A stretch of 64,000 nucleotides of DNA from an uncultured bacterium (GTDB taxonomy: Bacteria > Krumholzibacteriota > Krumholzibacteriia > LZORAL124-64-63), in contig CAIWHK010000007.1 in assembly GCA_903912525.1 (NCBI GenBank), positions 22,563-86,562 of the forward strand, written 5' to 3'. Shown here piece by piece: positions 19,737 through 30,204 of the stretch (position 1 is the stretch's first letter; each line of letters begins with the position of its first letter). The notes beneath the pieces were generated by a model that saw only the letters and a list, made by a program, of their open reading frames with translations, did no database searches and was not told the origin of the DNA. The position numbers were made by a program, and so were the translations under genes.

Positions 19737-22700
19737 CTACTTCATCAACGTCATCTTCCGCACGTCGCTGTACGGACCAGCATCGACGCGGTAGAAGTAC
19801 GTGCCGGAAGCGACACTCTGGCCAGCATCGTCACGACCGGTCCACACGATCTCGTGCAGGCCAGCGCCACGCGTCTCGTCCAGCAGCGTCGCGACCTTGC
19901 GACCGTCCAGACCGTAGACCGTCAGCCGCACATGCTGCGTCTCGGGCAGCGAGAAGCTGATCTTGGTCATCGGGTTGAACGGGTTCGGGTAGTTGCCGTT
20001 CAGGGCGAACGCACGAGGCGTCGCCTGGCCGCCAGCCGCGCTGGTCAGCTTGACTTCCATCTTGCTGTTGTCGATGGCGCGAGCCGTGATCGTCAGGTCG
20101 CTGAGCTCGATGGCCTCACCAGCCGGGATCACGAACAGGTCGCCCGTACCGGTGAAGGTCGTGTTGACGCCCATCACCGCAACGTTGGCATCCAGCGTCT
20201 CGCCGATGTTCTGCACGAAGGTCAGCTCGGACTGCTCGTCGAGCAGGCCGCCGGCCACCAGCGCACCCACCGGCTTGTTCGCCGTCACGCGCACACCCTT
20301 GAGGCCCGCGCCGTCGACCAGACGCAGCGCCATGCTGCCGTCGTCGTAACGGACCCAGGCCAGGTCGACCGAGGTGCCCACGATCGCATCGGACTTCGCC
20401 GCCGTGACGACGCCGAAGTTCATGGCGAAGATCATCAGGTCCTCGAAGTTGATCTTGCTGTCGGTGTCCGGGATGCCGAGGCGGCTGAAGTTGTCAGTCG
20501 GACCGACGTCCACCGGGCTGGCCGCGGAATTCAGCGCCACCGAAGCGTTGCCGAAGTACGTGCCGAGCACGGTCATGTCATAGACGTTGACCAGGCCGTT
20601 GGGAACCAGGTTGCCCGCCGTGCCGTCCACATCGCCCAGCCAGTAGTTGGTCGCGCGCTTGATGGCCGCGGCCGGGCCGCTGGGGTTGTTGGCGGCGTCG
20701 ACGGCGAACACTTCGTAGTAGTACACGCCGCGGTTGGCGGCAGTGGCCCACGTGTCGGTGAAGGTCGTCGTGCCGGCAGGCACGGTACCGGCCAGCACCC
20801 ACGCCGGGCCGGCAGCGACCAGCGCACGGGTGGCCTGACGGGCCGGGATCACGTTGCCGACCAGGTCGTCGTACTCGGGGTAGGCCGAGACGCCGATCGT
20901 GCCGTTGGTCCACAGGCCGCGATAGACCTCGTAGTTAGCCACATCGACGCCGGTGTGGGTCCAGCCCACGGCGACCTTGTTGTGGCCCGGGGCCGCCGTA
21001 ATGGCGGTCACGGCCGCGGGAGCGGTGCAGTCGACCGCGATGGTCGCGCCCGACATCAGCGAGGGGATCGGGGCGTTGTTCGGGTCACGCAGCGAGAAGC
21101 TGTCGAACGAGATGTTCGCCGTGCCCGTGTTCGTCGCGACGTACTGGATCGTGAACAACGGGGTCGTGCCCACAGCAGTGATCGGCTGCGTCGGGCTGCC
21201 GACCGTCGTGCCCGAGATCATGTACGAGCCGTCGCCCTGGTTGAAGGTCAAGAACTGCGTGGTGCCGCCGAACGGCGCCAGGCTGCTGATCGTGCCCCAG
21301 TTGACCGGGCCGGTGGCCCGAACGACGGCGTTGAAGCCGAACACGTCCGGCATGCCGTCGGTCTTGGTCATGTTGACCGTCAGGGTCTGGGACTGGCTGC
21401 AGTTGATCGGGCCGCTGGTGGCCGGAGTCATGGCGACGACGGCGTTGCCGGACTCGAAGTTGACCTTCAGCGTCTGACCACTGTTGAGCTCGATGACCAG
21501 GCCGTCGAGCTGGCCGTTGAAGCCGGCTGCCCAGGCGGTGCCCACGGACAGGCCCATCATCAGGATGGTCTGGCTCGTGTAGGTCGGGTTGTTCGAAATG
21601 TCCGACAGGAAGCCGTCGGTGTAGCTACCGAAGTAGTTCGCCGGGGGCGACGAGTCGAAGAACCGCAGGCGGTTGTTGGCGCCGGCATCGGTCGTCCACT
21701 GGTTCCAGGCACCGGCGGTATCGACCAGGTTCTGCGAGAAGTAGGGCTCCGAGCCGATGCGGTTGCCGTACCAGCTGGAGTGGCCGCCCACGTACGGGTC
21801 GGTGTACATGTACAGGAACCAGTCCGACGCATCGGCCGTGTGCAGCGTACCCTTCTTGGTCAGGTAGCTGATGCGGTAGATCTCGCCGACGGTGACCGGG
21901 CGGCCGAAGACCACTTCCGGATCGAGCACGTAGCGCGTGTAGGCATTCGGGGCCTTGATCGAGCCGGTGCCGAAGCCGGCGGCGCCATCGCCGTCGACGC
22001 CGATGGCCGGGGTGCCTTCAAGGAAGAAGGGGCCGGTCGGCGTAGCGATCCGCGCCAAGACGCTGGTCGTGCGGCCGACCCAGGGCGTGAACAGGACGCC
22101 GTTCGACACCGGGGCGCCGGTGCCGGTCGGGTTCAGGACAGCGTTGGCCGGGCCACTGGCGTTGCCCCACGAGTTGTTGATGGCATTCAGCATCATACTG
22201 GTGGAGTTCAGCACGCCCTGGGCACTGCCGTTGAACGTGTTGCCGCTGAACGCAACATCGCTGAGGTCGAGCGCGCCGGGGCGCACCCGCACGCCGGCCG
22301 TGGCACAGCCGGTGAAGCTGTTGCCCGTACCGGTCAGCACGCCATCGAACCCGTCGTAGATGCTGATGCCGATTGATCCCAGATTGCTGAACGTGTTGCC
22401 CGAAACGACCAGATTGTTGTTCGCCGAGGCCACGATCATGCCCGACTGGTCATCGTACCAGTTCGGCCCGGTGATTGCGGTGTCAGTGAACAAGTTGTTG
22501 CTGATGGTCCCATGGACATTGTTCACATTCAGGGCCCAGCCCTGGTTGTCCCGGAAGACGTTATCGCGGATGTCCACGTGGTGCACGCCAGTGCCCCACA
22601 GTGCGATACCGTTCGAAACGATGCTGCCCGTGAACAGGTTGTCGAGCAGGTTGAAGTAGAGATCGCCCAACGTCCCGGTCAGGTACCAGTTGCCGTTGAC

Positions 22701-24113
22701 GCAATCCCTGGCGTTGGCGAACACGTTGTGCTCGAACGTCCAGGTGTTGCTGGCCTGGTTGATGAGTTCGACGAAGCGGTAGTTGTTATTGGTGCCCGTC
22801 AGGTCGAAATTCATGCCCTTGACGGCCACCGACATACCAGCCGCCGTACCCAGGATGGCATGGGTGTTGCCCAGGGGGGCCAGCACCGCGGGCGCCACCT
22901 GGCCGGCCGCGTTGGGGCTGAGAGCGGCGTTCGGACCCAGGATGGTCACGTTCTTGCCGATGGTCAGGCCCTCGTTGTAAGTACCGGCGGCCACCATGAC
23001 GATGTCGCCCGCCGCCGCGGTGCCGATTTCGGCCTGGATCGAAGTGCCGATCCGGCGGCAGTGGTTGAACACGTAGCTGCCCGAGGTGTAAGAGTACTCT
23101 CGCAGGTCCGCAGGCGGATTGGCGCCGGCAACCACCGCATGGTCGAACGTGTTGTTGGCGAAGTAGGAGCCCCAGTCGAACTGGCTGTTGTCATAGTCGC
23201 CGCGGGCGCGAATGTACTGCCCGTTGCCGCCGGAAAAGCTGTTACCGGTGATCACGGCACCGCCCACGCCGTAGACGAACCATTCCACACCGGTGCCGGA
23301 GCCATTGAAGCTGATGGCATTCCAAATTGCGCCGTCCATCTCGAAGCTGTTGTTCAGGACCTGACGCCCCGCGACCGGCCCGCTGAAGCCGCCGCCCGAG
23401 GCGATGTCGAGGCTGGTTCCGTAGGTGAACTGGTTGCCCAGCACGGTGTAGCTCTTCACCAACGAGGTGTCCGCAACAGCATCGTACCGGAAATCATTGA
23501 TGTAAAGACTGCCGCCATCGGTCAGGCGACAGTATTTGATGGTCGCCGCATCACCAATGACTTCGATCGTCTTGTTCACATTAATAGGATTCAGGAACAA
23601 GTTGAGACCGGAGACGGTCACATTCGATCCCTGGATGAACACGCCGCTGGCTCCGAAGCTGTTAGTGGCGTTGCACTGCACATTGGCAACGACGCCGGCG
23701 TAGCTCGTGATCGGCATCCCCGCCGCATCGACGCCCTGCACCGTCACGCCATCAGCGGCCAGGAACAGTCCGAAGGTGTACGGACCGACGCCATCGTACA
23801 GGTAGCTGTTGACAGCTGCCTCGATGTAGCTGCCCGGGAACACGTTGATGGTGCCGCCGGCGTTGATCGCCTGGACGGCGCCGTTGATGGTCGCGAAACG
23901 ATCCACGCCCCAACCGGTCGTGGCACTGGTGTAGCCGTCGTCCACCCAGGCGGTCGACACGCCCATGGGCGCTGCCTTGGCGGCCACCTGCGTGAATCCC
24001 TTGCCGTCGGGGATTCGCGAGAAGACGTTGCGATCGCCGGACTGATCCGCCGCCGCCCACGCGCTGCCGGCCAACAGGGCCAGCATCAGGAAGCTCAACA
24101 GGAATCTCTTCAT
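19737..24113 (-). CDS. Large secreted protein: right-handed beta-helix repeats, cohesin-like, FN3-like, dockerin/EF-hand-like, FlgD-Ig
   Basis: FATINGAVQA..INVFPGSY and N-x-F beta-helix repeats; WLGDVDG..NGLVNVYD; DSKINFEDLMIFAMNFG; NYPNPFNP. Confidence 0.85.
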   Translation of the reverse strand: MKRFLLSFLMLALLAGSAWAAADQSGDRNVFSRIPDGKGFTQVAAKAAPMGVSTAWVDDGYTSATTGWGVDRFATINGAVQAINAGGTINVFPGSYIEAAVNSYLYDGVGPYTFGLFLAADGVTVQGVDAAGMPITSYAGVVANVQCNATNSFGASGVFIQGSNVTVSGLNLFLNPINVNKTIEVIGDAATIKYCRLTDGGSLYINDFRYDAVADTSLVKSYTVLGNQFTYGTSLDIASGGGFSGPVAGRQVLNNSFEMDGAIWNAISFNGSGTGVEWFVYGVGGAVITGNSFSGGNGQYIRARGDYDNSQFDWGSYFANNTFDHAVVAGANPPADLREYSYTSGSYVFNHCRRIGTSIQAEIGTAAAGDIVMVAAGTYNEGLTIGKNVTILGPNAALSPNAAGQVAPAVLAPLGNTHAILGTAAGMSVAVKGMNFDLTGTNNNYRFVELINQASNTWTFEHNVFANARDCVNGNWYLTGTLGDLYFNLLDNLFTGSIVSNGIALWGTGVHHVDIRDNVFRDNQGWALNVNNVHGTISNNLFTDTAITGPNWYDDQSGMIVASANNNLVVSGNTFSNLGSIGISIYDGFDGVLTGTGNSFTGCATAGVRVRPGALDLSDVAFSGNTFNGSAQGVLNSTSMMLNAINNSWGNASGPANAVLNPTGTGAPVSNGVLFTPWVGRTTSVLARIATPTGPFFLEGTPAIGVDGDGAAGFGTGSIKAPNAYTRYVLDPEVVFGRPVTVGEIYRISYLTKKGTLHTADASDWFLYMYTDPYVGGHSSWYGNRIGSEPYFSQNLVDTAGAWNQWTTDAGANNRLRFFDSSPPANYFGSYTDGFLSDISNNPTYTSQTILMMGLSVGTAWAAGFNGQLDGLVIELNSGQTLKVNFESGNAVVAMTPATSGPINCSQSQTLTVNMTKTDGMPDVFGFNAVVRATGPVNWGTISSLAPFGGTTQFLTFNQGDGSYMISGTTVGSPTQPITAVGTTPLFTIQYVATNTGTANISFDSFSLRDPNNAPIPSLMSGATIAVDCTAPAAVTAITAAPGHNKVAVGWTHTGVDVANYEVYRGLWTNGTIGVSAYPEYDDLVGNVIPARQATRALVAAGPAWVLAGTVPAGTTTFTDTWATAANRGVYYYEVFAVDAANNPSGPAAAIKRATNYWLGDVDGTAGNLVPNGLVNVYDMTVLGTYFGNASVALNSAASPVDVGPTDNFSRLGIPDTDSKINFEDLMIFAMNFGVVTAAKSDAIVGTSVDLAWVRYDDGSMALRLVDGAGLKGVRVTANKPVGALVAGGLLDEQSELTFVQNIGETLDANVAVMGVNTTFTGTGDLFVIPAGEAIELSDLTITARAIDNSKMEVKLTSAAGGQATPRAFALNGNYPNPFNPMTKISFSLPETQHVRLTVYGLDGRKVATLLDETRGAGLHEIVWTGRDDAGQSVASGTYFYRVDAGPYSDVRKMTLMK

Positions 24114-24257
24114 GGGTTCCCCCCCAATTGGGTAAAAAGGCACATCACGTTCTTCCCTGACCGATCGAGTCCGGCTGCGTCCATGCATGCCGGATCGCCG
24201 GCCAGGCGCCTGGGGGGTGAGTCCCGGGGCGCCCGACCGGCGCCGTGATCATCCGAA

Positions 24258-27176
24258 CTACTTCATCAACGTCATCTTCATGACCTGGCTGTACGGTCCC
24301 GCGTCGAGGCGGTACATGTACGAGCCCGATGCCACCGGCTGGCCGGCATCGTCGAGGCCCATCCAGGTCACTTCATGCGTGCCGGCGCTGCGGGGTTCGT
24401 CCAGCAGCGTCGCCACCTTGCGGCCGTCCAGGCTGAAGACCGCCAGCTTGACCTGCTGGTTGGCAGGCAGGCTGAAGCTGATCGTGGTCTTCGGGTTGAA
24501 CGGGTTGGGGTAATTGTTGTGCAGGCTGTAGACGCCCGGGATCTGCTCGCCGCCGGCGCGGTTCAGGCTGACCTCGAGGCGGCTGTTGTCGGTGCCGCGG
24601 GCGTCGATGACCACGCGGGTCGTCGACAGGTCGGCAGCGGAGGACACGATCAGCAGCGAGCCGGTGCCCGTGAACGAGCGGCCCGAGCCCAGCAGGGCCA
24701 GGTTCGCGTCGAGGCGGGTGCCGGGGTTGACCAGGAAGGCCTGGTTCTCGCCGGCGAGCAGGTCGCCCAACATGACGCCGCCGACCGCGAGGTCAGCCGA
24801 CACATGCAGGCCCTGCAGGCCGCTGCCGCCGGTCAGGTCGAGGGACCAGTTGCCGTCGCCCAGGTTGCGCCAGGCCAGGTAAACCGGGCCCGCCGCGCTG
24901 GACGTACTCTTCGCAGGAGAAACCTGGCCGAAGTTCAGCGCGAAGATCATGAGGTCTTCGAAGTCGATCACGCTGTCGGTGGTCGGGATGCCGAAGCCGC
25001 TCCAGTCGTCGGTCGGGCCCACGTCGACGACGTTGTCGTACGCCGGCATGCTCTCGTTGCGGCCGAAGGCGGCGCCCAGGCGGTTGACGTCGAACGACTC
25101 GACCAGGCCGTTGGGCACCGGGTGCAGGTTGTCCTCGCCCCAGACGTCGCCCAGCCAGTAGTTGGTCGCGCGGTCGTTGGCCGACGCGCGCGGGCTGGCG
25201 TTGGCGGCCGCGTCGATCGCGAACACCTCGTAGTAGTAGATGCCACGGCCGCCCATGAACGGGCCGTCATCGACGAAGCTCGTCGTGCCGACCGTCGTGG
25301 TGCCGGCCAGTTCCCACTCGCCGATGGTCGCCGCATCGGCGCGGTCGTCAGGACGCGTCGGGATGGTGCCCGGCAGGTCGTCGTACTCGGGGTACGCCGA
25401 CAGGCCCATCGCGCCGTACCACATCAGGCCGCGGTACACCTCGTAGGTGACGGTGTCGGCGCCGTTGTGGGTCCAGCTGACGTTGACCTTGTTGTGCGCC
25501 GGCGAGGCCGTGATGCCGGTGACCGCGGCGGGCGCGGTGCAGTCGACGGTGAAGCCGGTGCCGCTCAGGCCGGCGAAGATCGGCGCATTCGCCGGGTCGC
25601 GCAGCTTGTACGACACGAGGTCGAAGGCCACCGGGCCGTTGTCGACGGTCGCCAGCGAAACGGTGAACAGGTCGGCATCGGCCAGCAGGCCGGGCGTGGC
25701 GCCGAGGATGGCGTCGTTCACGGTCCAGGTGCCGTCCAGGTTCTGGATCGGATGGAAGTAGTGCAGGCCCAGGCCGCCCAGCGAGCCGGCGTCGGCGATG
25801 TTGCCGGCGCCGAAGCTGACCGCGCTGCCGGTCACGCGGAACGTGACCTCGTAGCCGCGCAGGCCCGGCGTCGCCGCACTGCGGTCGAAGCGGACGGTGA
25901 CGACCTTCGTGTTGCCGCAGGAGACGGGGTCCGGGCCGCTGACCGTCGCGCCGATCGCCACGTAGGACGTGGTCGCGGCCGCAGCCAGGGCGTCGGCGCA
26001 CTCGGCGCCGACTTCGGTCGTGTGCGAACCGTCGCTCCACAGCCAGCCGCCGCTGGCATCCTGCCAGTAGGACAGCCAGTAGGCGCCGTTGTGCACGGCA
26101 GCCTGCGTCGTCGCGCTGGCGGGCAGGTAGCGGGCGCAGGCGGTCACGGCATAGGCCGACGCCTGGAAGTCGCGGAAGTTGTAGGCGGGGTCGTTGCCGT
26201 ACTGGTCGCTGAAGGCGCCGTCGTCGTACTGGCAGTCCAGCAGCAGCGACTGCAGCAGCGGCATGTCGCTCGCGTGCACGTCGGCGGCGTCGAAGGCCTT
26301 GATCAGGCCGCTGACGCCCAGGCTGTACCAATAGTAACTCACGGTGTTCCAGTCCGGATCGAAGCCCTTGTTCACGCCGTTGGGCTGGAAGTAGCCGGGG
26401 CTGAGCGCGAAGCTGTCCTGCCAAAGCACCTCGGCCATGTCATCGGCCGCGACGTCGTAGCCCTGGCCGGGGAACGCCGCGTCCAGGCGCGCCGCCGCCT
26501 CGACGTAGTGCGAGATGTCCCAGGGGATGATGCCGTTGTCGTAGCCCTGGCCATGGCGCGCATCACGCAGGTACCGCGCGAAACCGGCAGCCGTATGGTC
26601 GCCGTAGTTGGCCAGGCGGTAATCCCAGATGGCCTTCGCCGCGGCGGTGTAGGTCGCGGGACCCACCACGCCCGGCAGCGCCGAGAAGTTGAGCAGGAAC
26701 GTGATGTCGCCCGCGTAGCGGATCGACGTCGGCCCGACGGCGACGATGTGGTCGGCCGTGTCCTTCATCAGCGTGAACAGCGCGGGGTCGTTGTTCAGGC
26801 GGTACACCTCGTACGCGCCGAGCACCGTCACGCCGTAGCAATTGAGGGCGCTGGCAGCGGCCGAGTGCGTGAACGACGACGTCGACCAGTCCCAGCCGGC
26901 ATCCTCGGGGTCGATGTCGGGACTGCCGTTGCCGGCATTGTCCTCGGTGACGTCGGCCTGCAGGTGGCGCAGGTAGTTGCCCGCAGACGCGGCCGCGACG
27001 GCGGGATCGAGCGGATCGCCCCACGCCTTGTCCAGCGACTTGATCGCGGAACCAGGCGCAGCTTCGCGCACGGTAGGCGCGACGCCTTCAGGGGACATGG
27101 CGGGGCCGGCAGCGTGTGCCGCGGCCGCGCATACGAGAAGCGAACAGAGCAGGAAGAATCTCATGCGAGAATTCAT
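24258..27176 (-). CDS. Large secreted protein: helical N-terminus (possibly prenyltransferase/squalene-cyclase-like repeats) + same cohesin-FN3-dockerin-FlgD module
   Basis: LLDCQYDDGAF and LSYWQDASGGW QW-like motifs; C-terminal part clearly paralogous to 19737-24113 (DCTAPAAVT, SAYPEYDDL, RATNYWLGDV, DVGPTD, NYPNPFNP). Confidence 0.82.
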   Translation of the reverse strand: MNSRMRFFLLCSLLVCAAAAHAAGPAMSPEGVAPTVREAAPGSAIKSLDKAWGDPLDPAVAAASAGNYLRHLQADVTEDNAGNGSPDIDPEDAGWDWSTSSFTHSAAASALNCYGVTVLGAYEVYRLNNDPALFTLMKDTADHIVAVGPTSIRYAGDITFLLNFSALPGVVGPATYTAAAKAIWDYRLANYGDHTAAGFARYLRDARHGQGYDNGIIPWDISHYVEAAARLDAAFPGQGYDVAADDMAEVLWQDSFALSPGYFQPNGVNKGFDPDWNTVSYYWYSLGVSGLIKAFDAADVHASDMPLLQSLLLDCQYDDGAFSDQYGNDPAYNFRDFQASAYAVTACARYLPASATTQAAVHNGAYWLSYWQDASGGWLWSDGSHTTEVGAECADALAAAATTSYVAIGATVSGPDPVSCGNTKVVTVRFDRSAATPGLRGYEVTFRVTGSAVSFGAGNIADAGSLGGLGLHYFHPIQNLDGTWTVNDAILGATPGLLADADLFTVSLATVDNGPVAFDLVSYKLRDPANAPIFAGLSGTGFTVDCTAPAAVTGITASPAHNKVNVSWTHNGADTVTYEVYRGLMWYGAMGLSAYPEYDDLPGTIPTRPDDRADAATIGEWELAGTTTVGTTSFVDDGPFMGGRGIYYYEVFAIDAAANASPRASANDRATNYWLGDVWGEDNLHPVPNGLVESFDVNRLGAAFGRNESMPAYDNVVDVGPTDDWSGFGIPTTDSVIDFEDLMIFALNFGQVSPAKSTSSAAGPVYLAWRNLGDGNWSLDLTGGSGLQGLHVSADLAVGGVMLGDLLAGENQAFLVNPGTRLDANLALLGSGRSFTGTGSLLIVSSAADLSTTRVVIDARGTDNSRLEVSLNRAGGEQIPGVYSLHNNYPNPFNPKTTISFSLPANQQVKLAVFSLDGRKVATLLDEPRSAGTHEVTWMGLDDAGQPVASGSYMYRLDAGPYSQVMKMTLMK

Positions 27177-27654
27177 GGTGCTTTCCTCCGATGAACGTGA
27201 TTGCCGTCATCTGGAGTGCTGGGCGAAAGCACGCCGAGATCATAGCGAAACCGAATGAGTTGTTTTGCGTCTCCCCTGAGTTGATGCTAAGGGCATCATC
27301 ATCGATTGCTGGTCGCCCATGCGGTGCATTGGGCAGGCATCGAACGGGGTGCATGATGGCACGTTTGCAACATCCGAGTCAAGAGACTTGCAATATTCTC
27401 GCAGTTCTTTAGAGATACATGACTTTGAACGTCATTATTGTAAAGTACCATGGTGCAACGAACCGCATCGATTGTCTATTTTGTGCCTGTCGCGTGTGGG
27501 GGCTCCGGTGGAAAAGACGCGATACCTTGTGTCTTGATTGTATTTTGCACGTGTATGAAGCTTTTTTTTGCCGACGGGGGAGAATGTGTTAGGCTAGGGA
27601 ACGAGGCACGGCAGTGATGCACGTGCATGTGCTCCATCATGGGGGATATTCATC

Positions 27655-28212
27655 ATGAATTCGACGACATCTCGATACAGGCGACGCGCATCGATTTTCG
27701 CCTGCCTGTGGGCCGCCTGTGTCCTGCTGGGCGCCGTGACGGCGCCGGCCGCAACCCTGACGCTGGTGCCACCCACCGGCGAATTCCACTGCGGCAACAC
27801 CTGGACCATCGACGTGGTGCTCGATGGCGCCACCGTCGACCTGCGGGGTTTCTCGCTTCTCATCGCCTACGACAACAGCATTATCTCACCATACAACGTC
27901 AGCGTCGGCAGCCTGGTCCTGGGCGCCACCTGCCCCAACTTCCTCAGCTGGGTCGTGCCGCCGTCGACGAGCACCCTCAAGGTCGATGTCGCCAACCTCG
28001 GCTGCTCGGTGAGCGGCCCCGGGACAATCCTCTCGATCGTCTTCGAGGGCGAATCCGCCGGCACCAGCAACATCAGCGTGCTCGAGGGCGAGATGCGCGA
28101 CGGCACGAACACCCCCATCGCGTTCACGAGCAACGTCGTGTCGGTGCACTACGACTGCGCCGTGCCGGTGGACGAGGCGAGCTGGGGCGCGTTGAAGGCG
28201 ATTTATCGTTGA
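27655..28212 (+). CDS. Secreted cohesin-like protein with C-terminal SWGALKAIYR motif
   Basis: Signal peptide, TIDVVLD..GFSLLIAYD, ends PVDEASWGALKAIYR. Confidence 0.75.
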   Translation: MNSTTSRYRRRASIFACLWAACVLLGAVTAPAATLTLVPPTGEFHCGNTWTIDVVLDGATVDLRGFSLLIAYDNSIISPYNVSVGSLVLGATCPNFLSWVVPPSTSTLKVDVANLGCSVSGPGTILSIVFEGESAGTSNISVLEGEMRDGTNTPIAFTSNVVSVHYDCAVPVDEASWGALKAIYR

Positions 28213-28375
28213 GGCCGGACTGTCGTTGAGACCGGATTACGGGGGACTTGCGCCGGCGCAAGTCCCCCTTGCCGTCCCCACCCGCCCATTCTTATCTAGT
28301 CCGCCTATAGGTCCCCCGCATGGACTTGCCCGGCCGCGTCGCCCCTCACCGCGATGCCGCGCCCAAGGAGACAGC

Positions 28376-29152
28376 ATGAGCAGCGCCCATCGCCCCGCGA
28401 CCCCGTTCATCTGGTACGAACTGATGACCAGCGACCACAAGGCCGCATTCCCGTTCTACAAGCAGGTCTTCGGATGGTCGATCTCGAAGTCGCCCCTGGC
28501 CAGCCATGAATACATGATCGCCAACGCGGGCCCGTACAACGCCGCCGGCATGATGACGATCCCTGCGGAAGCCCACGGCATGCCGCCGTGCTGGGCGATG
28601 TACCTGGGCGTGGCCGACGTCGAGGCCACGTGCACGCAGGTCGAAGCCGCGGGCGGCAGTGTGCTGCGCGCGCCGGACGACATCCCCGGCGTAGGACGGT
28701 TCGCGGTGCTGGCCGATCCCGACGGCGCGATGTTCATCGTGATGAAGCCGATCAGCAACGAACCGATGCCGGTGGTGCCCGAGAACACGCCGGGCGTCGT
28801 GGGCTGGCGCGAACTGCAGGCCGGCGACGGCGACCGCGCGCTGGCCTGGTACATCGAGCAATTTGGCTGGACGCAGGCCGGCGGCGTCGACATGGGCCCC
28901 AACGGCACCTACCACATGTTCGCCGCGGGCGGCACGCCCGTCGGCGGCATCATGACGAAGGTGCCCGAGGCGCCGATGGCGTTCTGGTCGTTCTACTTCA
29001 ACGTCGTCGGCCTCGACGCGGCGGTCGCGCGCGTGCGGGCGGGCGGTGGTGGCGTGATGATCGAAGCGCACGAGGTGCCGGGGCCGATGTGGATCGCGTA
29101 CGTTACGGATCCGCAGGGGGCGGTGTTTGGGATGGTGGCGCCGAAGCGGTAG
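28376..29152 (+). CDS. VOC/glyoxalase family protein (two domains)
   Basis: FIWYELMTSD..FYKQVFGW, GRFAVLADPDGA, second domain GWREL..DPQGAVFG; AAGGAG RBS. Confidence 0.9.
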   Translation: MSSAHRPATPFIWYELMTSDHKAAFPFYKQVFGWSISKSPLASHEYMIANAGPYNAAGMMTIPAEAHGMPPCWAMYLGVADVEATCTQVEAAGGSVLRAPDDIPGVGRFAVLADPDGAMFIVMKPISNEPMPVVPENTPGVVGWRELQAGDGDRALAWYIEQFGWTQAGGVDMGPNGTYHMFAAGGTPVGGIMTKVPEAPMAFWSFYFNVVGLDAAVARVRAGGGGVMIEAHEVPGPMWIAYVTDPQGAVFGMVAPKR

Positions 29153-29376
29153 GGGGCGGCGGCACAGAGAGATCGAGAGGGGGACTTGCGCCGGCGCAAG
29201 TCCCCTTTGCCGTTCTCAGGCGGAGAGAAGGATGCCTGGCCGCTACACCCCGGACTTGCACCGGCGCAAGTCCGCCGCGCGGCGAATCGCAGTTTGCTCC
29301 CGGGGCACAAAATCGGTGTATTGTATTTTTCGTTTTTTATCTGTTACAATATATCAGCAAAGGAGCGTACACTGCA

Positions 29377-30204
29377 TTGAAGTCGGGCATCGGACGAATA
29401 GAAGCCCTATTGCTGGCCTACCTGCAGTTGCGGGGCATGAGGCTCGTCGAAGCCGGCGAGCTCGGGGAGCCCTTGCAACTGACGGCCGCCCAGGAGTGCG
29501 ACGCCCTGCGCCGGTTGGCGCGCGGCGGGCTGATCGCACGGGTGCGCCCTGGGCTGTACCTCGTTCCTGACCGGTTGCCGCTCGGCGGGGCCTGGACCCC
29601 GGACGAGGCGCTGGCGATCTCCTCGCTCATGGCCGATTGCGGCGGCACCTACCAGGTATGCGGCCCGAACGCCTTCCGTCGCCATGGCTTTTCTGACCAG
29701 GTGCCGATGCGGGTCTATGCCTACAACGACCGCATCTCCGGCGAGCGGACAATCGGCGCCGTCGCCTTGACGCTGATCAAGGTCAACGCGAAGCGTCTCG
29801 GCGATGTCGAAACGTTGCGCGGCGTTGACGGCGGCGAAATGGTCTATGCGTCGCGCGCGCGGACATTGGTCGACGCCGTATACGACTGGTCCCGCTTCAA
29901 CAGCCTGCCCCGCGCCTATGCGTGGATCCTCGACGATCTCGATGCCGGCCGCGTCGATCCGGCACGGCTGGTGCGTACAGCCCTCCGATTCGGGGACCTC
30001 GGCACACGCCGCCGCCTGGGCGTGCTGCTCGAGAGGGCCGGCGCACCGGAGAGCACGCTGGCGCGGCTCGAACGATCGCTGACGCCCTCATCGAGCCTGA
30101 TTCCGTGGATTCCCAGCCGCCCCAAGCGGGGCACAGTCAGCCGGCGCTGGGGGGTCCTGGTCAATGGACAGGTTGGCGAGTGGGGCGATACGGATCCTGG
30201 ATGA
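29377..30204 (+). CDS. abiEi: Type IV TA antitoxin, AbiEi family
   Basis: wHTH RLARGGLIARVRPGLYLVP, ARTLVDAVYD, RRLGVLLE; AAGGAG before TTG 29377; upstream inverted repeat TGTATTGTA..TACAATATA. Confidence 0.8.
   Translation: MKSGIGRIEALLLAYLQLRGMRLVEAGELGEPLQLTAAQECDALRRLARGGLIARVRPGLYLVPDRLPLGGAWTPDEALAISSLMADCGGTYQVCGPNAFRRHGFSDQVPMRVYAYNDRISGERTIGAVALTLIKVNAKRLGDVETLRGVDGGEMVYASRARTLVDAVYDWSRFNSLPRAYAWILDDLDAGRVDPARLVRTALRFGDLGTRRRLGVLLERAGAPESTLARLERSLTPSSSLIPWIPSRPKRGTVSRRWGVLVNGQVGEWGDTDPG

Noticed and set aside
19470-27194. Long + strand ORFs (968, 578 and 939 aa) and similar antisense ORFs elsewhere (e.g. 6652-8655, 40339-42429)
   Set aside because: Shadow frames of GC3-rich genes on the opposite strand, with no recognisable motifs.
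28588-29376. 538-aa ORF 28588-30204 as a single protein
   Set aside because: Its 5' part is an alternative frame of the VOC gene plus repeats; only 29377-30204 has an RBS and AbiEi motifs.
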